Positions 42,131-59,171 of a stretch of 64,000 bases of DNA are shown one piece after another; position 1 is the stretch's first letter, and each line of letters begins with the position of its first letter. The DNA comes from the human T2T-CHM13v2.0 reference genome, Homo sapiens, in assembly GCF_009914755.1 (NCBI RefSeq), contig NC_060934.1; one strand, 5' to 3'. Under the pieces are notes generated by a model. The model made no database searches. It was not told the origin of the DNA and was given only the letters and a program-made list of their open reading frames with translations. The translations under genes and the position numbers were made by a program.

Positions 42131-42598
42131 TCAAAGGGTGGGCAGAGGGATGTGTTTGAAGTGATGGAAATGTTCTAAAGTAGGATTGTGATGATGGTTG
42201 CACAACTCTGTAAATTTACTAAAGGTCATTGAATCATATACTTAACATGGGTGAATTTTCTGGTATGTAATAAAGCCTCAACAAAGCTGCTACTAATCAC
42301 AGGTGTTGTTGGCTAAAATCTGTTCCAAAGGGACTCAGTGCTAAGGCTCAGGTTCAAGGAGCTGATATAAAAGCCACACTTTGGCAGTCCAGAGAAGTTA
42401 AGAGACCTCTTCACCGTCATACTAAATACTGATGAAGGCCCAGTCTGGGTAAATGTGCTGGGTAGTATACAGAGCAGTTAAACAGACAGCACAAATCCTC
42501 CAGGAGTTTATACTTAAACAGATTATATCCAGCTAGATGCAATAAAAGAAACATTAACAGAAAAAAATCACTTGGGCCTTTATTTCATATGTGAGTGA

Positions 42599-42925
<327 letters not shown>

Positions 42926-43405
42926 TAGTAAAGGGATGAGAAGTTTAGGCCTAAAGAGTATGTGAAGTCTTTAACATTTTTGGTTAAAGGACATGGCAAA
43001 AATTCACCACGGGAAAAATAATCATTTATCCACACACCTTTATTGAGCAGTTTTCAGATGCCTGGTAAAAAAGTAATTAAAAATACACCATGAAACAATG
43101 GTAGATTGAATTTATGGGCATAAATGTGTGTGAATGTCTAAAGTTAAGCGATTTAAGAAATTTTCAAACCCAAGCATCAACATGACTGTTAACTTGTGTA
43201 TCTGAAATAATCCCATATAACTACATCAGAGAGTAAACAGAGATGGGTGAGCCTGACTCCTTCATTCAAACAGGAAGCTGTAAGTTCATTCCAAATATTG
43301 GGCTTTTACAAAATCTGTGTTTTATAAATGAAGAAAATGGAAAAAATATTTCTTGAGGCCCGGTATGTGAGGCACTGTCTCAGATGACTCTTACTATCTG
43401 TTTGA

Positions 43406-44193
<788 letters not shown>

Positions 44194-45132
44194 TGTATCA
44201 GTTCTTTCTGCTAACCACTCTTCTCTCCCTTCCACCTTACCTATCCAGGCCACATCAAGCTCCAAAATTCCAAACTCTATCCCTGTTTCCAAGGTGCCTG
44301 CAGCTTTGTGTTTTGCTATGGAGCCATTAACATAGTTCATGAAGAGTTTTCATTTGCAAGGCCACTCCAAAGTTTCCCTTTTTGGGAGGAATTTCTGTAC
44401 CAGTTCATTTCCGCTGGGCTGGATGGGCACCAGCCCTAACTCCCTCCACTTGACTAGCTGGCAAACTACAAGCAAGTCCATCTGCTGGAATTGGCATCAT
44501 ATCCTCCCCAAGGCGGGAAGCCACGAGGTCCAGGAAGCAAGCACATTCAGGTGTGAAACAGACGAGGAGGCAGCCTGTCCATGGTGGCAGACCCCTCAGC
44601 GCAGCATCACTGGATCCAAAGGAACAAAATGCTCCCATTTTCCCTGAAGCACATGCCATCTCCTGGGCCCTGGGGAAAATTTCATATCCTTAGCCTGGTA
44701 ATACTGTGCCCGGAAGAGAAATTATTCTGCTGACCTTTGGATGGTACCATTTTTCAACATAGACCCCTCCAAGTTAAACATTCATGGAGAGGCCAAGCGT
44801 GTGGAATCACAAGGACAAAATCGAGCCAAGGTAGCTTGAGATGCCATCTTTGGTGTGACTTATTATGAACCCAAAAGCTAGAGAAGATTGCTGGAGGTAG
44901 TTGCAATGCCCAGCAGAGGCACAACCCAGATTCCAGGAGTCAGGCTGGCTTGGGTGTAGAGACCCACTTGTCTGTTTCTCCACCACCGTCAGCTAGGTCA
45001 GCAGATACAAGTGGATTAGTAGGGTCAGTCTTTCAAATGGAGATTAGGTCTGAGTGAACCCAAAAAATTCTGTTTCCCTCATGATTAAGCTAAAATTAGC
45101 CTGTAGTAGAAAATATTTTTAAAAAATTTTTA

Positions 45133-45439
<307 letters not shown>

Positions 45440-45736
45440 TTATAAGCTGACTACTGGTTTGGAATAGAAAAGGACATATTATTATAATCTTGCAATTAAA
45501 TCAAACAGTACAATCAAATCACATGCTTAAAATCAAAGAAACAAGGTTGGCAAAAAGTGAACAAAGCCATCAGTAACAATAGCAAACAAAGATAAATTTC
45601 TCACCTTGACTACCCATTCCTTAAGAACCAAAGTTGACTTCTTTTTAGTAATCACCAAAAATCTCTCTTGAACTCAGGACATTTACTGTGTATGCCCATT
45701 ACTTGGCCATTTAATACTGTGGGTCCAAAATTATCG

Positions 45737-46056
45737 TGTTGTTGTTGTTGTTGTTGTTGTTTTGAGACAGAGTCTTGCTCTGTCCCCCAGGCTGGAGTGC
45801 AGTGGCGTGTGATCATAGCTCACTGCAGCATTGCAGCTTCGAACACCTGGGCTCTAGCAGTCCCCCTGCTTCAGCCTCCCAAATAGCTGGGACTATAGAC
45901 CCTCACCAACACATCCAGCTAAGTTTTTAAATTTTTAGTAGAAGTGAGGTCTTACTGTGTTGCCTAGGCTAGTCCTGAACTCTTGTTCTCAAGTGATCCT
46001 CCTGCTTTGGCCTCCCAAAGTGCTGGGATTACAAGCATGAGCTACCACATCTGGCC
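45737..46056 (-). mobile_element. AluJ with (GTT)n tail
   Basis: Alu dimer. Confidence 0.9.
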
Positions 46057-47155
46057 CTGGATTACCTTGTGCACTGAGAGACACCACCAAAGATTAAACT
46101 CTTTTTCTGGTCCCCCAAGAGAAGGTCATGAAAATTCCCATGGAATTCATTGAAGATCACCTCTGTCGGGTAGGTGGGGCACCCTGGAATCAATCATTTA
46201 GAAGAAGGGGCATGATCACCCCTTTTATGTCTATAGTGGTAAAAGAAGAGGTAAGCAGAGCCAGGGATGGGAGCTGGGAGGGAACAGCAGGAAGGGGAAG
46301 GGTGCTGCTCTGGGTCCCTGAGAAAGCAGATGCAGGAGTCCTTCTGATGCCCTGATGTGCTGGGTTCTGGAGAGGAGAAAGGACTACTCTGGGGACATCA
46401 TTTTGGTGCCCAGAATAGTGGCCAGTCCAGGAACTATATCCCTTACTGCACTTGGTGGTAACTTGTCTAGGCAGGCTGTGTCTCTCTGCTATTGAATCCC
46501 AGCCATTTCTCAACTGCCATATGCCCTGGGTCTCTGAAGAAGCTGCAACGGCCCTGGGCACTCATGATCCCTGAGGCGGGGTGGGGGTGGGGGGTTCCTG
46601 GGACACTCCAGGAGATTTTCAGCTTGGATACTCCATGACTTTTAAAGACGCATGCCTTATCTCTCTGAGAACAAGTCCTAAATCTTACATTTTATTTTGT
46701 GACCCACCCGCCGCCGCCACCCCGCCGCATGTGGGGCTCCTAGCACATGCTCAATAATCCTGGTTGACTTCCTGGAAGAGTCTCACTTGACCTGCCGGGT
46801 CAGTTACTCCCCTGCTCACACATTTCAGCCAAACTCTCTGAAGTTAAATAATGCTGAAAAAAACAAAACATCCTTTTAACTCAAGATAAATAGAAATTCT
46901 TTTCAAACTGTTATTTCCAGATAAGAAAGCCCTTCCATTTGTGCTGACAGGAAATGGGGTGATTTTTCCATAAATATTAAATCTTTACTGCATGGGAATG
47001 CAGTCTGCTGGTGCCCTGGCACAACACATTTCCTCCTGTTGTGAAAGTAAGAGAAAGTGGCCAGCTTCAGGTGAATCAGATAGATTTTCCTCAAATCATT
47101 CATTCAATCAATGTGCTCTGCCCTACTGGGTCAATTCCCAACCTGATAGCCATGA

Positions 47156-47688
<533 letters not shown>

Positions 47689-47849
47689 AAGCCTAGCATA
47701 GAATCTTGCATTAAGATGTTTATTGACTTGAATGGCCATTCTTGCATAGATAGCTAGATAGGTAGATGTGTGTATGTGAAATTGAGAGATAAATCACATA
47801 CCATACAATTCACCCTTTTAAAGTATATATTTCAGTAATTTTTAGTATA

Positions 47850-48076
47850 CAGTTGACCCTTGAACAGCGTGGGTTTGAATCACATGGTTCCCTTTCTTTT
47901 AGCCAAACGTGGATTGAAAATACAGCATTCAAGGGATGCAAAACCTCTGTACACAGAGGGTTGACTTTTCCTATAAGTCAGTTCCTCAGGACTGACTTTG
48001 GGACTTAAGTCTGACAGATTTACCAGGGGGATGGTGGTCCTGGAACCAATCCCCTGCATATACTGAGGGATGACTA
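47850..48076 (-). mobile_element. MER8 (Tigger-derived) inserted in an L1MB-like fragment (about 47780-48745)
   Basis: CAGTTGACCCTTGAACA...GGAACCAATCCCC..GAGGGATGACT termini with flanking TA. Confidence 0.8.
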
Positions 48077-48300
48077 TACTCATTGAGTTGTGCAGCCGTC
48101 ACCACTGTCTAATTCTAGAACATTTCATTACTCCAAAAAGAAACCCCATACCCATTAGCAGTCATTCGTTATTTCCCCCTTCCCCCAGCCCCTGGCATTC
48201 TCTAACTTACTGCCTGTCTCTGTGGATTTGCCTATTCCACACATTTCATACAAATGGTATTGGACAATTATGGTCTTTTGTGACTGTCTTTTTCCTTCTT

Positions 48301-48617
<317 letters not shown>

Positions 48618-49314
48618 CTGACTTTTTGTTCACATAATGTTTTCAAGGTTCCTCGAAGTTGTAGTATATATCAGAACTTTGTTCCTTTTTATGGCTGAAT
48701 AATATTCCGTTTTCTAGATATACCACCTTTTGCTTAATTCATATTTAAAATGAAGCAATTTCTCCAGTTTATTGTCAAGTGATGGTCTGACAATACATAA
48801 GGTGACCAGTGTCTCAATACTGACCCTGTTTCACAGGGCCTTCCTGACTGTCCATTGAGCTGCAGAGTCCGAGACCAGAGCTTCATGAAGAAAATATGCT
48901 CTCAAACTTGAGACAGCATCATCCATCTACAACATTCTCTAAGGGCAGAGCCAGGTGGCCTGGTGGAGGCTACAGATGCTTCAAGGAGGCCAGACTATGA
49001 GGCACAGAAACACAGCAGACTCTATGAGCAAAGTCACTGATTTTCAGTGACATTTTACACTGGTAAAAAGTAAACCAACCAAGCAGTACATGTTTATTGT
49101 CCTGAGAATAGGTATAAAAGGGACACTGAGACAGGCCTTTACCATCCACCAGGAATGGTAACTTTTGGTCCTTCAGCAAGTTATATCAAGGGGCAAATTA
49201 TTTGTTTTCTGTAATGATTATTGTCAGGTAGATAATAAAGTTCAGGCTCACTCTCTCTCTCTGTCTCTATGTGTGTATGTCCCTATCTTCTGAGAATTGA
49301 AAGAGACCTATTTT

Positions 49315-49571
49315 CCTTATCTTTTCTTTTATTGATACATAATATTTTACATATTTATGGGGTTCATATGAGTATTTTTTTACATGCATATAATGTATAA
49401 TGCTCAAGTCAGGGTATCTGGAGTATTTATCACCTTCAGTATTTATCATCTCTGTCTCCCAGCTACTTTGAAATATACAGTATATTGCTGGTTAACTGTA
49501 GTCACCCTAGTCTGCTACTGAACATTGAACTTCTTTGTTCTAACTGCATGTTTGTATCCATTCACCAACCT
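49315..49571 (-). mobile_element. L1MA-like 3' end
   Basis: TACATATTTATGGGG motif; TSD AAGAGA(C/T)CTATTTTC at 49301 and 49572. Confidence 0.8.
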
Positions 49572-51145
49572 AAGAGATCTATTTTCTAATCATGGTTCTG
49601 TCACACCAATTAGATCCAGAGTCTCGGGCACTCAGTAGCCTCATCTGTAAATGAAGGTGACTAGTAACTAACTGCCCTGACCAGCTTGCAGGCCTGTGGT
49701 GAGAATTAAATGTTTATGAGATCACTTGCAGATGTTAAAAATATTATACAAAGTCAGGATACAGTGGTGGCTTACTGTCCACTGGGACAGACCATCTCAA
49801 CCAATATACTCAGATAACAGGATCAGATAACATGATCCTCAAAAATATTTGGGTCTACAATTAATTAATTGGATGAAAGCATGAATTCCTCTGAGCACAG
49901 TGAGAATGAGAAGAATGCAATTAGCCTTCAGCATGGACACGGGTTATTATTTGTTCCTTGCAAGTGTATGATATACACAGAACAAGAAAAGGGGAATTGA
50001 CATGTCAGCTTCTCTTTTGCAAATTACATCTCTGATGGTGACAAAAAGATTAGATGTCATGCAAGCATCCTAGGATAACCTATGTTTTGCTCACTAGAGA
50101 ATAGCTTAGCCCAGAACAAGACCTACTCACTGCTTATGATTACTGCCACATAACATACTTAAAATACCTATGCCAAAAAGAAGGAAGGGGACAAAGGCCT
50201 CCAATTTATAATGTGAATTCACCTCAGAAACATCATAAACATTTGCCCCTCAGCTTTGTGAAAAAGCAGTTTTTTAATCAGTCCAAAAGCAAAACAAAAC
50301 AGAGCCACCAGTTTTTAATTCCTCTGAGAGCCAAGGAAAAGGATTTGGCTGAATCCCATTGTGATTCCATTTCCTTCACCCCAGGAGTTCAGCAGGAGGG
50401 GTCTAAAAGCGAGTCTAAATCCTGTCCTGCTGTCCACCCTTTCCAAGTTAACAGATAAAGACAGGGGAGGGTGGCCTCGTAGGGCAGAATGGACAGGCAT
50501 TCCAGGGTCTAGAGGACTTCCCTCGGCTCCATCTGAGGCTCTTTCTTATGTGGTGGGTGTACAGGCTGTCACAGACATCACTGCACGTTCCCAGAGAGCA
50601 CAGGTAGCACAGTAAATACCACGAGACACAAGGACAGGTGCCACCAGCCCGCCCAGAAAGACTAGATGAACCCAGGCCAACTGATTTCTGGGTGCGGTGA
50701 TGTGAGGAAAGGGAAATCGTGGGACTCAGAGCCCCGCCCTCTCCCTCTGTGGTCAGAATGCACATAAGACAACTTTCCTTTCAGGGAGGAGAACAAAAGA
50801 ATGCTCCCGTGCAGCCTGGCAGGTGCCTGCTCAGGGAAGTACCACTCTGCAGTGTGGGACGAGGGCCGAGCGCCTTTGTCCTGAGTGAACCAGTGCAGTG
50901 CTCCATGCACACAGGTAGCCCCTGGGGGCATAGGAATTGCATAAGACAGCTTGAGAGGCCAAGAGAAAGTCAAGCCCACCCTTCCTTAGTCTGTTGGTAA
51001 AACAGCCCAAGACTAGGGGAAGAACACATGGGACAAAACCTTTTCCTTTACCCTCCAGGCTTCTGTTTTCAGTTTGACTTTTGCTTTTTTTTCCAAACAC
51101 TTGTCAAGAATAGATTCAACCTCTATCTAATCCAAAGAGGTATGG

Positions 51146-51450
51146 GGCTGGGCACAGTGGCTCACGCCTATAATCCCAGCACTTTGGGAGGCCAAGGCGG
51201 GCAGATCACCTGAGGTCAGGAGTTCAGGACCAGCCTGGCCAACGTGGTGAAACCCCATCTCTACTAAAAATACAAAAATTAACTGGGCATGGTGGCGTGC
51301 ACCTGTAATACCAGCTACTTAGGAGGGTGAGACAGGCGAATCACTTGAACCCAGGAGGTGGGGGGTGCAGTGAGCTGAGATCATACCACTGCACTCCAGC
51401 CTGGGCAACAAAGCAAGACTCTGTCTCAAACAACAACAACAACAAAAAAG
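51146..51450 (+). mobile_element. AluS
   Basis: TSD AAAGAGGTAT. Confidence 0.93.
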
Positions 51451-52914
51451 AGGTATAGGAAGTATTACATTAAGAGTGTGGTGTTCCAGAGAAGATTCCA
51501 TATCTTAAGAAAGCACCATCAAAAACAATCTACTTTTAGCTATGTGCCTAGAGATGGTTATACCTTTGTAAACAGAGACCAAGAAACTCAGTTGCTGTCT
51601 TACTTAAATTTAGGGTTGGAGATATGAGACTAACCCCCTTATAAATTTGGGAGTCCTTACTTGATTACACCCACCATGAGCTGCCTTCATTTTGAAACTA
51701 GCTGTTGCTGTTGATAATAACAACCATTTTGTTGCTGTTTCTTTTCTTTATGAGGCTAGCAGGTAACCACCTGTACCCTGGAAAGGATGTCTGCTGGAGT
51801 GAGAGCTGTCCTAGGGCTATCTACCAAAGATGGGAAGAAATGCATTCCAAAGAGATGCCCCACTCCCCCATGACATTAGTGACCTAGGTCTGAAGTCTCT
51901 TCCAGCTTCCTGTTACCATTAGGCTGTTAGGCAGAAAGAAGGTGGGGGCAGGGGAAGGGGGAGGAGGAGGGGAGAAGGAAGCGGGAGAAGTTTGGAGAAA
52001 AGACGGAGAGAGCAAACTGGAGTATCTCACACTAATTTGCCCCTGCACTTCTTAATTAGGAGGCAGGTTGTAAATATCTTCAGAACTCTCCTAAATTTAT
52101 AAGTTAATCAGCAGAAGCATTTGAAGATGTACCATTTATAGCAAGATCCCCCTAAAAAGAGAATCTTGCTGTCGAAAACAAAACTGAAAACAAGTGATGA
52201 GAAATCAAGCTACAATTTGAGTGTATGCTCTATGCTGAGTGTTACGTGCTGGTTTCCAGAAAAAAAGAACCATTGGTTCTGTCTGATCCCTTACAGCCAA
52301 GACATGAGAATTCTAGAACTCAGATCCTTAGAGCCGAAGGGACTCCGGGAGCTCTAGCAGCCCAAGTCTTGGAATTACACGTATATTTTCAATTCTTGCA
52401 CTTAAAGAAAAGAAAACTGAGGCTCAAAGAAGTGGCAAGCCTTGCCCAAGGGGCCCCAGCTGGTGAGTACAGATTCAGATTGGCTGCCACCCAGAGCCTT
52501 TTCAACTGAGCCGCTGGTGCTCGGGCCCATCTCCCCACCCGTTCAAGCTGATGTGATTTTCAGGGCTTACAAGGATTAAGGAATGACAGAGACAGAGAGA
52601 ACTCGAGGGCTGCTGGAGGTTACATGCTAGTCCCTTTACCTGGGAAATGAAGACAGCCCCAAGAGGCTGAACAACCTGCCCCAAGTCACTCAGGAATGAG
52701 TGACACAGCCAGACCTGGAGCGTCTCTTCTCTATCATTGTCCAGTGACCTTTCTCTTTCTCAAAGGTCCCTCAGGTGTCTGGTGGCATCTCTGGTGACAC
52801 CACACCTAGAGAGGCCTTAGGGTCCTCTTAGGGCTCAGTGAGTGTTAAATTAAAACCACACAGGGTCTGCAGGCCTCGCTGGGATGATACGTGCATGATT
52901 TCCCAGGCTTACTC

Positions 52915-53415
52915 AAGCAGGTTGAATGGTGACCCGATCATCACCAAAAGAGACTCCCTATCAATTCCCTGGAACCTGTGAATGCTAGCTTATTTGGGAG
53001 AAGAGTCTTTGCAGATGTAATTAAGCAAAGGATCTTGAGATGGTGAGGTCATCTTGGATTATCTGGGTGGGCCCTGAATCCAATGACAAGTGGCTTTACA
53101 GGAAAGAGGCAGAGGGAACTGTAACAGAGAAAAGGAGACAACACGCAAAAGGCGATGTGAAGACAAAGCCAGAGATTGGGAGGCTGCCACAAGTCAAGCA
53201 ACACGCAGAGCCATCGGAAACTGGGAGAGGCGAGGAAAGGCCCTTCACTAGAGCCTTCAGAGACAGCACTGCCTTGCCTGCACCTTGCTTTCAGACGTCT
53301 AACCTCAAGAACTGACAGAACTCAGTTTAAGAACTAACCTCAAGAACCTCAAGAACTGTTTAAGCTTGTTGCTTTAAGCCACCACTGCTACAGCTGACAC
53401 AGAAAACTAATACAT
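52915..53415 (+). mobile_element. MLT1 LTR
   Basis: CTGGAACCTGTGAATG..TTTGCAGATGTAATTAAG..GAAAACTAATACA. Confidence 0.8.
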
Positions 53416-53969
53416 TTGTAAAGGGATAAAATAAATTCATCTGTGGATAAAATAAATATAAAAAACCCACAAAACCCCAAGGTTCACAGTATTTACAACA
53501 AATCCACCATCACAATATTTCACCACCACCAAGACCCAAGCATGAGAGGCCGAGGGAGGAGTGTGTGGAGACCGTCCTGCTTTGTGTTGGTAACCAAGCC
53601 AAACTGACTCACAAGCTGTCACACGTCAGTGTGATAACCCTGCAGGACGTTTTTCTAGCTCACACGCCCATCTAAGGACTACGTCTGCTGGGTGGAGGCT
53701 GAACATGGTGCAAACTACTCCCAGACGCCTCAACTCTGAAAGCCCCACATGGAAAGTCTCCAAGTCTTAGGCCTCACAAAACGGCCTTCACAGAAACCTG
53801 AAGCCAATTTGAGAAGAGGTCTCTGCAGCCACAGTGAATGCCAAATGACTCAGGTCTTGAAGCAGAAAACAGAGTAAGCAGATGTTTCTTCCAAATGGCA
53901 TGTTCTTGGATCTAGCTTTATTTTAGATTTTCTTCCCCACAGCTGTTGAGCTAAATCTGAAGGGAATCA

Positions 53970-54018
53970 ACACACACACACACACACACACTCACACACT
54001 CAGACACACACACACACA
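53970..54018. repeat. (CA)n microsatellite, interrupted
   Basis: Direct reading. Confidence 0.95.
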
Positions 54019-54194
54019 GAGCCCTTTTCCCTCCCCAGCATGTTTTGGGGGAACACAGCTCCACATGTGGACTAAGAAGACTGCAAACACGGCTGTCACA
54101 AATGTGGGGACCACGTTCAGTATTTTCTCGTCTCTCTTTGTACAGCTGGACATCTGGGAAATCATTCTGATGTTCTATTGTTTCTTTTTATGAG

Positions 54195-54490
54195 GGCCAG
54201 GCTTGGTTGCTCATGCCTGTAATCTCAGCACTTTGGGAGGCTGAGGCAGGAGGATTGCCTGAGGCCAGGAGTTAGAGACCAGCCTGGACAACAGAGTGAG
54301 ACTCCCGTTCTTTACAAAAAATAACAAAATCAGTTGGGTGTGATGGCATGCACCTGTAGTCCCAGCTACTCAGGGGGCTGTGCAGAAAGATAGCTTGAGC
54401 CCAGGAGTTCAAAGTTGCAGTGAGGTATGATTGTACCACTGCACTCCAGCCTGGGCAACAGAGCAAAACCTTGTCTCTAAAAAAAAAAAA
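54195..54490 (+). mobile_element. AluJ
   Basis: Alu dimer. Confidence 0.92.
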
Positions 54491-54723
54491 GAAAGAAAGA
54501 AAAAAGAAAAAAAAAAAAGAAAAGAAGAAGATGATGATGAAGAAGGAAGAAAGATGAAAGAAGAAGGAAGAAAGAAGAAATTAGAAGGAAGAAAGGAAGA
54601 AGGAGGAGGGAGAAGGGAGGAGGAGGGAAGAGAAGGGAGGAGGACGAGGAGGAGGAGGAAGGAGGAAGAAGGAGGAAGAAGAAGAAAAAAGAAAGAGAAA
54701 GAAGAAGGAGGAGGAGAAGGAAA
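54479..54723. repeat. Polypurine (GAA/GGA) low-complexity tract
   Basis: About 245 bp almost entirely A/G on plus. Confidence 0.95.
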
Positions 54724-55249
54724 TTTCCAAGTTGCTCCCAACTCAACAGGTTTATTTCAGTCCTCCACAAGAGATCAAACTCAGGAATCCCAAGGGAAAT
54801 GGCGTCAGGCCCCAGTCAGGGCACTTCTGAGAAGAGCTCTCTGGGGAGGGATGAGGGATGGACTCAGGGCCAGGAGGGGAGGCACCAACCTCCTGTGCAT
54901 CACACTCTGAGCGCTGTGATGGGACCGCTCGGACTCCAAGCTCCCCATCAGGTGGGTCCCATCCACCTTCTCCAACAGCCTTCCTGGGGATATGCTTCTT
55001 TCTCCCTGGTCAAGACACTAGTTTTGAAGTGTCCTTGGGTCAATAATTAAAGCTTTATTGGAAAGGCTATGAGAGAACTCTTTCCACCCTTCCTGTGTGT
55101 GCGGAGGGTGGGGGCCCATTTCTCAGGCTCCACTCCAGCTAGCACCACCATCATTTTGTGCCCAAAGTTCTGTAGTAGCCTCCTAGCTGGCCTGTCTCCA
55201 CCCCAACTCCCTTCCCAGCCATTTAAAAAACATCTGAGCTGAAATGCAC

Positions 55250-55690
55250 GTACTATAAAATTAAACATTTTAAAGTGAACAATTCAGTGGCACTTAGTAC
55301 ATTCATTCACAATGCTATGCAACCACCTCCTCTAATTCCAAAATATTTTCATCACCCCAAAAGGAAATCCTGTATCCATAAAGCAGTAATTTCCTATTTC
55401 CCCTTCCCCCAGCCTTTGGCAACTACCAATCTGCTTTCTATCTGTATGGATTTACCTATTCTAGATATTTTATATAAATGGCATCATACAATATGTGGCT
55501 TTTTGTGGCTGGTTTCTTTTACTTAAAGGCTCATCCTGTGGTTGGCAGCACTGCTTCAAGGCTGGATAATATTCCACTAGTTGGATACACCACATGTTGT
55601 TATCCATTCACCTGCTGATGGACATTGGGTTGTTTCTACCTTTCGGCTGATGTGAATAGGGCTGCTGTGAACACGTGTGTACATAGATTT
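55250..55690 (-). mobile_element. L1MB-like 3' fragment
   Basis: TTTAAAGTGAACAATTCAGTGG..TATGGATTTACCTATTCTAGATATTT. Confidence 0.8.
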
Positions 55691-57083
55691 GAGAACTCTC
55701 ATACGTTCTTTACACAACAACCTGGTCTAATCACATGACACTCCAGCTACAAGCAGTTCAATGGCTTCCTACCGCTTTTAGGGTAACACCCAAACTCCAG
55801 AATATGACTCTTGGGACCCTGCCCACTTCTCCAGCATCATCTGTCACATCGGTGCCCAACTGACGTTTCTTATCTATCCTGTGCTTTTCCTCACCTCTGA
55901 GCCTCTGCAGGTATTGCTCCCTCTTCCCAGAACCCTCTTCCTCGGGCTAAGAGGCAACTGCATTTGACCACAACCACACCCTTCTCTCCCAAATGCAATC
56001 AGCTGCCCACGTCCCAGCACACATCCAATGCTGGCCCCTCTGTGCTTCATGGAAAGGGTTTACAGTGGGATTTAGGGGGCTACACTGGGCCTTTGCTGTG
56101 AAACCCCACGGAAGAGACAGCACAGCCCAGAAACACCATGGTGGCGGGGAGGGGGGCCTCAGATCTGTGTCTGTGTCTCTGAAATGTGCCCTGCTGGGAA
56201 GGTGGAACATGGCTCCGTGGATTTAGCAGCCTGGTCCTTGACAAAGCAAGATGACAAGCTGCAGCACCTGTAGTCATCCCCCTAGTTGTGGGGCTTCCTG
56301 ACCCACCTCTGCTTGGGCCATACTCTCCACGCTGGCAGGTGGGCCACAGATGAGGCAGTCTTACTTCTTCCTTGGACCTGGCTGACACCCCACAGGCCTG
56401 GGAGAAGCAGGGTAGCGACTCCTTCTGAACTCTGGCCCCAGAATTCTGTGTCACACCCCAGAGGAACTGGCTCAGCCCAGAGGCAGAAGCCTGTGTGGCG
56501 GCTGCTGAGAAAGCAGGAAGAAAGCTCCCTAGCTGGAGGCGGTTGCACCTGAACTTGACAGGCTTCAGCTCAGCCCCGGCCACAGGGTGCTCTGGGTCAC
56601 ACAGGATGTGGTTTTTGAAGTTTGGGGAAGCCAATGCCTCTACCTTTCCCCCACCCTTCCTTTCTTAGCTTCCATTCTGAGCCTCTGCTCCCTGAATCTG
56701 CACACGCCCACAGATGCATGCATAGACATATGCACACATGCACACATGGATGTATACACACATGATTTCACACCCTTTTCATTTACTCTTGTCTAACTTC
56801 TAAAAATGAAAATGGTCTAATATAGCCTGTCCTACATAACTCCTACCAGAACCTTTATCATTCTTTTTTTTTTCCTGTGCAAATTCTCCATCATTCTAAT
56901 TTCCACGTGAGCCTTTGAGGAGAGTGCAGCACCTTAATTCTTGAAAATAGTCACCTGCGACTACTTTCTTTCTCCACAGGTGAAAAAAAGATGGAGGAGG
57001 TGGGAAAGGGTCCCCTCTTGTTTGTTTCTGAGGGCCGCTGAGAAAGATGGCGGTAGCTATGAGGGAGCCGGTCTGCCACTTAC

Positions 57084-57177
57084 CTCCAGGACTTTCCCTG
57101 TGATAAACTGGTGACACGCCTCACATTTCACCCCAAAGAGTCCCTGGTAGTCCTTTTCACAGTACGGAGCACCATCC
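57084..57177 (-). CDS. ABLIM1: ABLIM1 internal coding exon (94 bp), end of LIM3 and start of LIM4
   Basis: Acceptor TTTTTGTCTTGCAG|G, donor GAG|GTAAGT; encodes DGAPYCEKDYQGLFGVKCEACHQFITGKVLE; first G completes the AA|G lysine of the previous exon. Confidence 0.97.
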
Positions 57178-57721
57178 CTGCAAGACAAAAACGTGTTCGG
57201 CTCCTGAGGAGGTGGCCAGGGGCTGGAGAAGACACCAAAACCACATTTCTCCAAGGCCTTTCCACAGAAGGGCAGGATATATTTCTCCCCCGCCCAGTGT
57301 TCACATGCCTGGCAATCCAGTCAGACCTGGCCAGACAGGATCAAAACCACAAACAAAACGGTCCAGAGAGCACTCTGCGGCTCTCGGTGCCACACAGGCG
57401 AAACAGCCATGTCGCCATATGGTCACCCTTGCCGATTTTTTACTGTCTCAGAGCTAACTGGCAGAAAGCCTGGCAGCATTCTCTCTCCACAGGCCCCCTG
57501 GGCACGTAGGAGTACTGAGCCCACTGAGCCCACATAACAATAATTAATAAACCAGAGAAAGAATGGTGTTAATGAACCTGAAGAAGATACTGGCAAATCA
57601 ATAGGCAATATCACACCTGAAGGCAAAACACTAGCGACAATTTCATTAAAACCACAATAAAGGCAAAGCTATAAAATATTGTTAATGTATATAATATATA
57701 TAGTTATTAATATGACACTGA

Positions 57722-58054
<333 letters not shown>

Positions 58055-58352
58055 TCAGATGTGGGCTCAGCATTCATCCCCCTACAAGGGGCCCACATGC
58101 CAGAGTACAGCCTCTGAACAGCCTGCAGACACCACCTCCTCAGCTCTCAGGAGGCCTCCGGAGCCCAGGGCCGCCTCCTTCAGCTCAGTCAACCTCCTTG
58201 GAGCACAGGAAAAATATTATATCCTGTGTGTGATTGCATGGAAAAGCTATAGAGTGCCACCCTAGACTGCCAAGTTACCCACCCCCGCATAGCTTGCAAT
58301 GTTCCGTTAGAAGCCAGGCACCTGTCTTATTTTGTCCATAATGGTCACCTGA

Positions 58353-58676
<324 letters not shown>

Positions 58677-58857
58677 TTCTTGCCCTTTCAGTGCAGGTGT
58701 TTCAGCCTTACCCTGGGCCTGTAGAATTAGATTTCTAGTGGGTGGGGCCCAAGCAACCTTTTGTTTGCTTGTTTGTTTCACTATATTTTTAAACTACATT
58801 CATTAATATTTTCGAATAGGTGATTTCATGTGGTTGGGGAAATGCATGAATTAATGA

Positions 58858-59171
<314 letters not shown>

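Noticed and set aside
54431-54910. 159-aa K/E/R/G-rich ORF
   Set aside because: Alu end plus polypurine low-complexity tract
56080-56634. 184-aa minus ORF in GC-richer intron
   Set aside because: No domain similarity or splice support; such ORFs arise by chance at this GC content
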